Positions 1 through 8,688 of a stretch of 64,000 nucleotides of DNA are shown piece after piece. The position numbers and the translations under genes were made by a program. Every line of letters begins with the position of its first letter. The first letter of the stretch is position 1. The DNA is from Halioglobus sp. (GTDB lineage Bacteria; Pseudomonadota; Gammaproteobacteria; Pseudomonadales; Halieaceae), in the NCBI GenBank assembly GCA_029246385.1, contig JAQWNG010000044.1, positions 6,270 to 70,269 on the forward strand, in the 5' to 3' direction. Below the pieces are notes generated by a model. That model did not search any database, was not told where the DNA came from, and saw nothing but the letters and a program-made list of their open reading frames with translations.

Positions 1-642
1 CACAGCCTTGAGCGTAAAATCGCGTTGACGTAAAGGCGACTGCACTGCTTTAGATGTTGGCTGCTCAAAGCTAACCGTCAGCGTATCGACTACCTTCAAC
101 TGCGGCCGGTGAGCTGCAGGAAAGTTAATCGCCAAGGAACCTAATGCCGCCGCATCGTAAAGGGCAGGCGCGACAGTCGCATCAGCTATGGAAATATGGG
201 TCACATGACCCAGCGTCTTAGGCCAGCTGAGCTCGAGTCTCTCCATTGAGGCGGGCGAGGTTAACTTATTATAAAGGCGCCACTCCAGACCGTCGGGGAT
301 AAAGTCAAGTTCGATATGACCTCGCACCTTGCACACTTCAACCTCCTGTGGAACTCCGATCAGTTTTTCCGTCGAAGCAAGATCATCAATGTGCCGCGTA
401 ACCAACGGAGATTTCAGTATTTCCTTCAATTGATGTCGGTCTAGTTTAGCGCCAACTGCGCTAATTATCGGGAGATCGTGGGTGACCGTCCCCCCCTGCT
501 CTTCCACCAGCGCAGAGAGGTCAACAGAGGACGAACCCTGCAACATCACGTCTAGAACATCCGAGTCTTTGGCAAATGCACAAGCACAAGCACAGAATAG
601 CAAAGAGATCAGAAATGTCGTCGTGCGCCTAAAGGACTTCAT
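1..642 (-). CDS. secreted protein of unknown function, C-terminal part cut off by the window edge (signal peptide plus subtilisin-propeptide/I9-like segment)
   Basis: Absent from the ORF track because it runs off the left edge. Hand translation of the minus strand from ATG (640-642) gives MKSFRRTTTFLISLLFCACACAFAKDSDVLDVMLQGSS..., open for all 214 codons down to position 1. It has a charged n-region, a hydrophobic core and an AFA-type cleavage site. The next ~70 aa resemble inhibitor-I9 propeptides, but no D-S/T-G peptidase motif follows. It starts 20 nt after the stop of the upstream GGDEF-EAL gene. Confidence 0.6.
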   Translation of the reverse strand, partial: MKSFRRTTTFLISLLFCACACAFAKDSDVLDVMLQGSSSVDLSALVEEQGGTVTHDLPIISAVGAKLDRHQLKEILKSPLVTRHIDDLASTEKLIGVPQEVEVCKVRGHIELDFIPDGLEWRLYNKLTSPASMERLELSWPKTLGHVTHISIADATVAPALYDAAALGSLAINFPAAHRPQLKVVDTLTVSFEQPTSKAVQSPLRQRDFTLKAV

Positions 643-662
643 CCGCGTTGAATTGTCCTAAA

Positions 663-2402
663 TTAATGGTCCATGGCTTTTTGAATTTGTTGCGAAAAGT
701 CTGTTTGTAGAATGTTTGGAACGTCCTCGGGATAGATCGGCCGAGCGAAATAAAAGCCTTGCAGTAGGTCGCACCCTTTGCCCACAAGATAAGCCAGCTG
801 ACTTTCATTCTCTATGCCCTCTGCAATCACTCGCAAATTAAGCGCTTTTGCAAGCCCGAGAATGGCGTCAACGATGGCTGCCCCATCGGATGTATTTAAG
901 TCATTAACAAAGCTATGATCGATTTTGAGTGTGTCTATCGGAAAGCGCTTAAGGTAACTCAGCGATGAATAGCCCGTACCGAAGTCATCAACTGCGAGGT
1001 CGATACCGAGAGATTTTAATGCGCGCAGCTTTGCAATATTGGTCTCAGCATCGTTCATGATGGCGCTTTCTGTCAGCTCAAGCTCTAGACGCTCGGGTGA
1101 CAAAGCAGATTTCGTCAAAAAGTCTGCTATCCAATCAGACAGATTCCCCTGATTAAACTGTAACGGAGAGATATTGACACACACACGGAATGCACGGAGG
1201 CCAAGAGTATCCCAGTACAGGCAATTCCTAGCGACTTCTTCCATTACCCATTCACCCAACTCGATTATTTGGCCCGTACTCTCAGCTATCGGAATGAACT
1301 CGTTCGGAGATACCATGCCGCGCTTAGGATGCTTCCAGCGGACTAGCGCCTCCATGCTTACTACCTCACCGGTTATGGAGTTGATCTGGGGTTGGTAGCG
1401 CAACTCTAGTTCTGAATTACGCAGCGCGTCGCGTAATTCTTCTTCCATTTTTAGTTTCTCTACCGCCTTGGCGTTCATCTCCTCATTATAAAATCGATAG
1501 CAAGCTCGACCTTCCGCCTTGGCAAAATACATAGCAGTATCGGCATTTCGAATCAAGATATCTGGGTCGTCACCATCTTGGGGGTACAGCGCAATTCCAA
1601 TGCTGGGTGTCACCACGGGGTTGTGCGACTGCAGGGGTATTGGCTGGGAGAGACATTCGAGGATGCGCTTGGCGACCTTTTCAATATCAGACATGTCATC
1701 CACATCTGATAAAACAACTGTGAATTCATCACCACCCAATCTAGAAATTTCAGCGGCACCGGACTCCTTATCTTGAGCAGCACTGTTTTCCGACAAATAA
1801 TTAACGGAGTCCTCTTCACGCAATTCCATCGTTAGTCTTCTGGCTATTTCCACCAGCAGGCTATCTCCGCGAGCGTGACCAATCGAATCATTAATACGCT
1901 TGAAGTGATCTAAATCGATAAAAAGCAGCGCTGCTACTGTCTGGCGCCGTTGACTGCGCTTAAGAAGCCGAGTCAATTGCTCATTAAAGCTTCTTCTGTT
2001 GGGAAGGCTGGTAAGGGGATCATAGTAAGCGAGGTGCCGGAGTCGATCTTCCTGCCGCTTGAGCGAATTAAATGCAGAGCTGGCACGAAGCATATATTGC
2101 ACATCGCGACCTAGTAATGACCAATTGACCGGCTTTGTTTTGTATTGGGTCGCCCCAGCGTCGAACCCTTTGTCTATGGACTCGCGATCTTCAGAGCCTG
2201 TCACAATCATAATAGGAATCGTTTTACCCTGTGGCAACTCTCGGATGCGCTGACACGCATCAAGGCCTGTCATCCCGGGCATCTCTACGTCCATGAATAC
2301 TAGATCAGGTCTTTCAGTCACAAAAATAGATATGGCCTCACGCCCGTTGGAGGCCTCTATAACGACCATGTCCTCTGCTTCGAGACACTGGCGTGTCAGC
2401 AA
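663..2402 (-). CDS. response-regulator receiver / GGDEF diguanylate cyclase / EAL phosphodiesterase
   Basis: 579-aa ORF. The receiver has DLVFMDVEMPGMTG (acceptor Asp) and KP. GGDEF is intact (RLGGDEF). EAL motifs are EALVRW, ELTES, DDFGTGYSSL, KIDHSF, EGIE and QGFYFARP. The annotated TTG start cuts off receiver strand beta-1; see the finding on 2403-2465. Confidence 0.85.
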   Translation of the reverse strand: MLTRQCLEAEDMVVIEASNGREAISIFVTERPDLVFMDVEMPGMTGLDACQRIRELPQGKTIPIMIVTGSEDRESIDKGFDAGATQYKTKPVNWSLLGRDVQYMLRASSAFNSLKRQEDRLRHLAYYDPLTSLPNRRSFNEQLTRLLKRSQRRQTVAALLFIDLDHFKRINDSIGHARGDSLLVEIARRLTMELREEDSVNYLSENSAAQDKESGAAEISRLGGDEFTVVLSDVDDMSDIEKVAKRILECLSQPIPLQSHNPVVTPSIGIALYPQDGDDPDILIRNADTAMYFAKAEGRACYRFYNEEMNAKAVEKLKMEEELRDALRNSELELRYQPQINSITGEVVSMEALVRWKHPKRGMVSPNEFIPIAESTGQIIELGEWVMEEVARNCLYWDTLGLRAFRVCVNISPLQFNQGNLSDWIADFLTKSALSPERLELELTESAIMNDAETNIAKLRALKSLGIDLAVDDFGTGYSSLSYLKRFPIDTLKIDHSFVNDLNTSDGAAIVDAILGLAKALNLRVIAEGIENESQLAYLVGKGCDLLQGFYFARPIYPEDVPNILQTDFSQQIQKAMDH

Positions 2403-2590
2403 CCGAACGTTCTGGTCATCATCAACAACAAGAATTTTGGCTTGATGGCTTATAGGATCTGTTCTCTATATTGACTGACGAAAGTAACCGTTATACTCAT
2501 CACGCTAGGCTATCACTAGTAAGGCCTTGCGACTAGCGAGAATGCTTACTAAGGAGCAGCCACCCGAAAAACCGCTCGCCGGCACCTAGC

Positions 2591-4297
2591 CTAAGACAAA
2601 AGCTGCTCACGACGCAGCACAGCATGTTCCTGCACAAAACGCGGCAGATTCTGCAAGGGAATTGCCGGACTGTAATAGAATCCTTGCACCTGATGACAAT
2701 GGTGATCACGCAAAAACTGAATTTGCTCATGCGTTTCTGCGCCTTCTGCCACAACGACTAAACCCAGTCGACGTCCTATCTCAATAATCATACAGCAGAC
2801 TGCTTGCTGGCTTTCATTGTGCGGTAGATCACGCACAAAACAAGCATCAATTTTCAATGCAGAAATCGGCAGCTCCGTGAGGTGATTAAGCTGAGAAAAA
2901 CCTGTGCCAAAATCGTCTAGTGAAAAAGAGATCCCAAGTTCTCGCAGTTTGTTCATGCGTGACTTAATTTCTAAAGAGCTTTGTAAAATCGTTGATTCCG
3001 TTAATTCGAACTCAATTTTCGCCCCATTCGCACCGCTGCGCACGATAATATCCTTAACGATTTCGACAAAAGCGTCGTCCTCGATCTGAGAAAATGAGAT
3101 GTTCACGGCAACATCCACATTTTTCATGCCTTGTTCCTCTAGCCAAATCTGAGCGTTGCACGCGTGTTGAATCACTTGATAGCCTATGGCCTTCATAAGC
3201 CCCATGTCCTCGCAGGCGGACATAAAATCGCCGGGCAAAAGGAGGCCGCGCTCCGGATGATTCCAGCGCAGTAAAGCCTCTAGCCCCACAAGATGACCAG
3301 ATCCAAGGTCTATTCTAGGCTGATAATGCAGCTCAAACTGATTCTTCCTCACAGCGGTGCGCAGCTCTGCTGTGAGCGACGTATTGCCCTCAACATCAAA
3401 GACAAGCTTCTCAGAGTATCTAACGAACCGACCACCCTCAATACTTTTTGCCTGCTGCATCGCGCGGCGCGCGTGTTCGACCAGATCTGAAAAATCGTCA
3501 CCGTCTTCCGGATAAATCGCCACACCGATACTCGCCTCAACAGCCACCTGCTGGTCACTCAGGAGCATCGGAAGGGAAATAGATTTAAGCATTTTTTCCG
3601 TAATAAGCTCCACATCGTCAGTCGAATTGACGTCTTCAAGCACGATGGCAAACTCATCGCCACCAAGCCGCGCTATACTGTCAGTACTGCGCATTTTATT
3701 GATCAAGCGTTGCGAAATAGATTTGATCATGACATCGCCATCAGATTCGCCATAGTGGTCGTTGATGTTGGTGAACTGGTCAATGTTGATGTAGAGCAAA
3801 GCTGTGTTGGAGCCATAGCGCTTGGAACGATCCATGGCGCGCTCTAAGTGAGCACGGAAACCCACCCGATTAAGCACCCCAGTGAGCGTATCACGATTGG
3901 ACAACTGTCCTATTTGATCCCGAGCCTGCTTGAGCTTGATATTGTAATCGAGAATACGGTGCACTAATGCATCCTGTAATTGACCGCGGGTGAGATAGTC
4001 TTGCGCCCCCAGTTCGCGCAAATGGGTGAAAGAAGCCTGTTCAGACTCATCAAGCATTACAAGAAGCGGGGCCGCGGCATTATTTTTGTTGGCCAGACGC
4101 AGCAGATACTCAGTTTGAGCTCCATGGCCAATAATTACGGCATCTATCATTGGGTCTAAGAGCGCTTCCAGTGGACGTTCCATGGTCTCTTGAGCCGCAA
4201 GCTGGAATCTCGCCGGTTGCGCACGCGACAGACACGCGGCCAAAATCAGGTGGTCAGCCTTGTTCTCGGATATGATCAGTACTGTGTGCTGTTCCAC
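2591..4297 (-). CDS. degenerate (pseudo-)receiver / GGDEF / EAL protein
   Basis: 568-aa ORF. The N-terminal CheY-like fold lacks the acidic pair (SEN instead of DD), and the acceptor position reads DAVIIG. GGDEF is intact and has an I-site (RSTD-SIARL-GGDEF). EAL motifs are EALLRW, ELTES, DDFGTGFSQL, KIDACF, EGAE and QGFYYSP. Confidence 0.85.
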   Translation of the reverse strand: MEQHTVLIISENKADHLILAACLSRAQPARFQLAAQETMERPLEALLDPMIDAVIIGHGAQTEYLLRLANKNNAAAPLLVMLDESEQASFTHLRELGAQDYLTRGQLQDALVHRILDYNIKLKQARDQIGQLSNRDTLTGVLNRVGFRAHLERAMDRSKRYGSNTALLYINIDQFTNINDHYGESDGDVMIKSISQRLINKMRSTDSIARLGGDEFAIVLEDVNSTDDVELITEKMLKSISLPMLLSDQQVAVEASIGVAIYPEDGDDFSDLVEHARRAMQQAKSIEGGRFVRYSEKLVFDVEGNTSLTAELRTAVRKNQFELHYQPRIDLGSGHLVGLEALLRWNHPERGLLLPGDFMSACEDMGLMKAIGYQVIQHACNAQIWLEEQGMKNVDVAVNISFSQIEDDAFVEIVKDIIVRSGANGAKIEFELTESTILQSSLEIKSRMNKLRELGISFSLDDFGTGFSQLNHLTELPISALKIDACFVRDLPHNESQQAVCCMIIEIGRRLGLVVVAEGAETHEQIQFLRDHHCHQVQGFYYSPAIPLQNLPRFVQEHAVLRREQLLS

Positions 4298-4334
4298 TGT
4301 GAATCCTTGACTGCTTGCGCACTGTACGCTAACT

Positions 4335-4389
4335 CTGAAAAGCGCCTATTTTAGTCGTTTTTGCGACAAACTAGTCAGCGCTTTTTCAG
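4335..4389. repeat. long imperfect inverted repeat / A-tract-GC stem-T-tract hairpin in a divergent intergenic region
   Basis: CTGAAAAGCGC (4335-4345) pairs with GCGCTTTTTCAG (4378-4389), with one extra T. An inner GTCG/CGAC stem sits inside the loop. Confidence 0.4.
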
Positions 4390-4600
4390 AATTTTATCTT
4401 ATAAATAACAGAAGGTTATACGGAATAATTGACTGAAACTCTAGTAAATGTTTATTGAAAATTACCAAATCGAGAGTACCCTCGGAATGTGTCCCAATTA
4501 ACGCACTCATGCGTCATCGCTACCTCAGCAATTACTCGCAATGACGCCACCCTGCACACGCCACTTTAGACACGAATTTGGGCTTATGCGTCAGAGGAAA

Positions 4601-4628
4601 TTAACGCCCGCCACTTTTGTGTTAGAAT
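4601..4628 (+). promoter_or_regulatory. candidate sigma70 promoter of nadA
   Basis: TTAACG (4601-4606), a 16-nt spacer, then TGtTAGAAT (extended -10; TAGAAT at 4623-4628). It lies 35 nt upstream of the nadA ATG. Pattern match only. Confidence 0.3.
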
Positions 4629-4662
4629 TACCGTTCGTGTTTTCCATTTCTAATAGTCGTCT

Positions 4663-5736
4663 ATGAGTCTTGCTTCCGAAAAACTGAGAACCATCCGGGA
4701 TCAGGTACAATCTCATCTCGATCGTGCAGAGCAAAAGCAGCTTAAGCCGGAACAGGAGCGGTCACTTAAGAACCAAATACGAACTCGCCTGCAGGAAGAA
4801 AATGCTGTCATTGTCGCGCATTATTATACGTCCCCAGTCATCCAAGCCCTGGCCGAAGAAACCGGTGGCTGCGTCTCCGACTCGCTCGAAATGGCGCGCT
4901 TTGGCCACGATCATCCCGCCACGACACTGGTGGTCGCTGGCGTCAAATTTATGGGCGAAACCGCCAAGATTCTTACACCCCAAAAACGCGTTCTGATGCC
5001 TACACTGGAAGCAACCTGCTCCTTGGACCTGGGTTGTCCAATCGATGAATTTTCTGCTTTCTGTGATCAGCACCGAGACCGCAAGGTTGTAGTCTATGCC
5101 AACACCTCAGCGGCGGTGAAGGCCAGAGCGGACTGGGTCGTCACTTCCAGCATAGCGCTTGACGTGGTAGAACATTTGACCGAACAGGGCGAAAAAATTC
5201 TGTGGGCGCCCGACCAATATTTAGGCGATTATGTGCAACGACAAACTGGCGCTGACATGCTCATGTGGGACGGCGCATGCATTGTGCATGAAGAGTTCAA
5301 GGCACGCGGTATCGCCGATTTGAAGCGCGTCTACCCCGATGCCGCGGTACTAGTCCACCCCGAATCGCCCGCTGCAGTGGTAAACCTAGCGGATCGCGTG
5401 GGTTCAACCACGCAAATTATTCGGGCCGCAAGTGAAATGGATAACAAACGCTTCATCGTAGCCACTGACCAAGGTATATTTTATAAGCTGCAGCAGCAGG
5501 CACCCGATAAAGAATTTATTATCGCACCCACAGCTGGTGCAGGCGCAACCTGCCGTAGCTGTGCTCAATGCCCATGGATGGCAATGAATGACTTGGAAAC
5601 GCTAGCGCAGGTATTCGAGATAGACGATAACGAGATAGACGTAGAGCCGGCTATCGGAGCGCAGGCCATGATCCCCTTGCGCCGTATGCTAGATTTTGCC
5701 AACGAACTTCAAATCACCGTCAAAGGCAACGCCTAA
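4663..5736 (+). CDS. nadA: quinolinate synthase A
   Basis: 357 aa, collinear with E. coli NadA: [62 protein letters not shown]. Confidence 0.95.
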   Translation: MSLASEKLRTIRDQVQSHLDRAEQKQLKPEQERSLKNQIRTRLQEENAVIVAHYYTSPVIQALAEETGGCVSDSLEMARFGHDHPATTLVVAGVKFMGETAKILTPQKRVLMPTLEATCSLDLGCPIDEFSAFCDQHRDRKVVVYANTSAAVKARADWVVTSSIALDVVEHLTEQGEKILWAPDQYLGDYVQRQTGADMLMWDGACIVHEEFKARGIADLKRVYPDAAVLVHPESPAAVVNLADRVGSTTQIIRAASEMDNKRFIVATDQGIFYKLQQQAPDKEFIIAPTAGAGATCRSCAQCPWMAMNDLETLAQVFEIDDNEIDVEPAIGAQAMIPLRRMLDFANELQITVKGNA

Positions 5737-5769
5737 AGCCTTGCTCTGTAGAAACATTACAGTGGGAAT

Positions 5770-7245
5770 TTAGAATGCCTCCATCCGCTCCTGCATTTTA
5801 GTGACATCCGCAAGACGTTGGTGGACTTTAGCCGAAACCAAATAGTTGTCCTGGCTCAATTTCAACGCGTAGGTAAGTTGTTCTTTAGCGTCGTCTAAGG
5901 ACCCTTTAAGAATAAAATACTCTGCCCGGGATTCATGCAACGCGATAATATTGCCGGATAAACCCTGTACCTCTGCCAGTAGATACCAGAGGCTAGGATC
6001 ATTAGGCCAGCGCTTGCTCTGCTTTACTAGTACTTCCGCGGCGATATGCGGCTGTTGATTTTTCATCAACGCTCGGGCGTAGCTCATGGTCAAGGGATGG
6101 TTACCTGGAGAGATCGCTAACCGGCGAGCCAATTTCTTCGCAGCCTGACCTGGCTGATTACGCGCCATATCAATACCCGCATCAGCAAGGATATATTCGA
6201 GACGATTCGGCTGTGTTGACCAAATGGCACTCAGCTCCAAACTAGCCTCATCCGCGCGCCCAGAAGCCGTCAGCGCAATCACCAGTCCGTAGGTCGCGGC
6301 CTCGCGCGAATAGGGTGTGCCGTCCAGTTCTCCCTGAAACCTTTCTACCGCTAGGTCGGGGGTTTCAGACAGCTCAGTGATAACGCGAGCCCGCATCAAT
6401 TGATAATCTAGATTTGGAACACGCGCTTTCGTCGGAAACTTTCTCGCACGGTTGCGTGTATCGGCAATACGGTTTTCGGACAAAGGATGAGACCGCAGAA
6501 ATTCGGGTATCTGCTCGCTGGTTGTGTATCGCGTTGCGCGCAACATACGCTCAAACATCGCGGGTGCGGCATGCGGATCCATACCCGCATCCACGATTGT
6601 TTGCATTCCAATGCGGTCAGCTTCCTGCTCATTACTTCGACTGTAACTCAGTGCCGAATCTTGCGCCGCCGCCTGCGTTGCGGATAAGGCTGCCAGACCC
6701 GCGTCTGTGCCCGTGGTTGCCATCAATACAAAACTTGCCAACATAGCAGCAAGATTCAAAGGCTGCATTTTTTGTTGGTACTCCACCCCACGCGAAAAGT
6801 GACGCTGGCTTAAGTGAGCTATTTCATGTGCCAACACCGTAGCAAATTCGTCTTGTGTTTGAGCCCAAAGCAGAAGCCCATTATGAATACCGATCACACC
6901 GCCGGGAACTGCAAAAGCATTCATTGTCGGATTGTCGACAATGACTAGATCTATGCGTCGATCTTCAAGTTTAGAGTGACTGGCCAGCTTATAGATGAGG
7001 TTTTCAACATAATCAAACAACAAGGGATCGTCTATGGTCGGGACTTGACCGCGAAAAGCGCGCAACCAGGCGCGGCCTAAGTGGTACTCAAATTCCGATG
7101 AAAATACGCTCGTGCTGGATTCACCGAGGTTCGGTAGTTTGAATTCCTGTGTGTTAGCGGCAGCGGTATTGGCCACAATAAAGGAGAATCCAATTGCGGA
7201 TATCAGGCGTCGCGCACGTGCTATAAATACTGATACATTAAACAC
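5770..7245 (-). CDS. bepA: M48-family periplasmic metalloprotease with C-terminal TPR region (BepA/YfgC-like)
   Basis: 491 aa with a signal peptide. It has the HEXXH motif HEIAHLSQRH, a downstream E (NEQEADRIG) and a TPR-like C-terminal half. GTG start. Confidence 0.85.
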   Translation of the reverse strand: MFNVSVFIARARRLISAIGFSFIVANTAAANTQEFKLPNLGESSTSVFSSEFEYHLGRAWLRAFRGQVPTIDDPLLFDYVENLIYKLASHSKLEDRRIDLVIVDNPTMNAFAVPGGVIGIHNGLLLWAQTQDEFATVLAHEIAHLSQRHFSRGVEYQQKMQPLNLAAMLASFVLMATTGTDAGLAALSATQAAAQDSALSYSRSNEQEADRIGMQTIVDAGMDPHAAPAMFERMLRATRYTTSEQIPEFLRSHPLSENRIADTRNRARKFPTKARVPNLDYQLMRARVITELSETPDLAVERFQGELDGTPYSREAATYGLVIALTASGRADEASLELSAIWSTQPNRLEYILADAGIDMARNQPGQAAKKLARRLAISPGNHPLTMSYARALMKNQQPHIAAEVLVKQSKRWPNDPSLWYLLAEVQGLSGNIIALHESRAEYFILKGSLDDAKEQLTYALKLSQDNYLVSAKVHQRLADVTKMQERMEAF

Positions 7246-7336
7246 AGTATGAAATCACTGATTTATTCAAGGGCATAGCCTAGTGTACTGCATTCACAAA
7301 AATTAGCTGCATGACAATGCCTGTCGCGCAGGCATT

Positions 7337-8599
7337 TTACGGCTGTGCAGACACAGAAGATTTGCCGCCTGCCCAAGGCGCCACCCAGATTAACAGCAGC
7401 ATCCCGGGAAACGCCAGAACGGTACACAGTAAGAAGAAGTCGACCCACCCAATGTTCTCAACAATGATACCTGTGCTCCCGTTGACAAACGTTCGCGGCA
7501 CTGCCGCGAGCGCCGTAAAAAGCGCAAATTGCGTTGCGGCGTAGGTCTTGCTCGTTTCGCGCGCGATAAAAGCGGTAAAGGCGGCGGTACCCATTCCAAC
7601 ACCGAGGTACTCAAAAGCAATCACTAATGCTAGCAGCCACAATTTTGGCTCCGAGCTGGCCAGCAGAGCAAATCCCAGAATACTGGCCATCTGCACCGCA
7701 CCAAACATCCATAGGGCGCGATTTATACCGATTCGCAACATAATCAGCCCACCCACTAAACCGCCAATAATCGATGGCCACAACGCCGCATTTTTCGCGA
7801 CTAAACCAATCTCCGTCTTAGTGAACCCCATCTCAAGGTAAAATGGCATGGTTAACGCTGTGGCCATGCTGTCGCCAAGCTTATAAAGGAACATAAAGCC
7901 CAGCACCAACAATACTCCTGACCAGCCTCTGCGTCCCAAGTACTCAAAAAAGGGCGCGGACAGCGCCTGCCGGAGTCCCATTGCCGCCGGCGGCATAGAC
8001 TTCGGCTCAGACACGACCAAGCTCATTATAATACCGACCGACATAAAGCCGGCGGTAATCCAGAAAACACTAGACCAAGGCAAGATGTCCGCTAGGATAA
8101 GCGATAGTGACCCCGGCACCAGACTGGAAATACGATAAGCCTGCACGTGGATAGAGCTGCCTAACCCTAGCTCATTATCCGACAGTATTTCGCGCCTGTA
8201 GGCGTCTAAAACTACATCCTGACTGGCGCTAAAAAAAGCAACCGCCAGCGCGAGGGCCGCGATCAACTTGGTAGACTGCTCTGGATTAAACATACCCATG
8301 ACGCCAATTGAAAGCAGCAAAAACACCTGGGTTACCAACATCCAGCCTCTACGTCTGCCCAAAAAAGGTGGAATGAAACGATCCAAGAAAGGTGCCCAAA
8401 GGAACTTAAGCGTGTAGGGCAAGCCAATCAGCGAGAATAATCCTATCTCGGTCAGAGATACGCCGCCGTCACTAAGCCAGGCAGGGACGAGCTGAAAGAG
8501 CACATAAAGCGGCATACCTGACGCAAGGCCGGTAAAAACACAGGCCAGCATACGACGGTTAAAAACGGCAGCGCGAAAACCAGCGATGGCAGCACTCAA
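7337..8599 (-). CDS. ampG: AmpG-family muropeptide MFS permease
   Basis: 420 aa, multi-TM. N-terminus FTGLASGMPLY..LVPAWL and LKFLWAPFLDR are typical of AmpG/PAT family. TTG start. Confidence 0.85.
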   Translation of the reverse strand: MSAAIAGFRAAVFNRRMLACVFTGLASGMPLYVLFQLVPAWLSDGGVSLTEIGLFSLIGLPYTLKFLWAPFLDRFIPPFLGRRRGWMLVTQVFLLLSIGVMGMFNPEQSTKLIAALALAVAFFSASQDVVLDAYRREILSDNELGLGSSIHVQAYRISSLVPGSLSLILADILPWSSVFWITAGFMSVGIIMSLVVSEPKSMPPAAMGLRQALSAPFFEYLGRRGWSGVLLVLGFMFLYKLGDSMATALTMPFYLEMGFTKTEIGLVAKNAALWPSIIGGLVGGLIMLRIGINRALWMFGAVQMASILGFALLASSEPKLWLLALVIAFEYLGVGMGTAAFTAFIARETSKTYAATQFALFTALAAVPRTFVNGSTGIIVENIGWVDFFLLCTVLAFPGMLLLIWVAPWAGGKSSVSAQP

Positions 8600-8688
8600 G
8601 GCGTTTTAATCTTCAAAGACACTATCGCAAGTCGACAGTAAAGAGCCATATCTATCAAGCATACCATTGCTAAAGCAGTACACCCTCA

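Noticed and set aside
4298-4662. A possible NAD-related riboswitch or NadR/NrtR site upstream of nadA.
   Set aside because: I could not recognise conserved riboswitch elements or an NrtR-type palindrome. Only the hairpin at 4335-4389 and a weak promoter match stand out.
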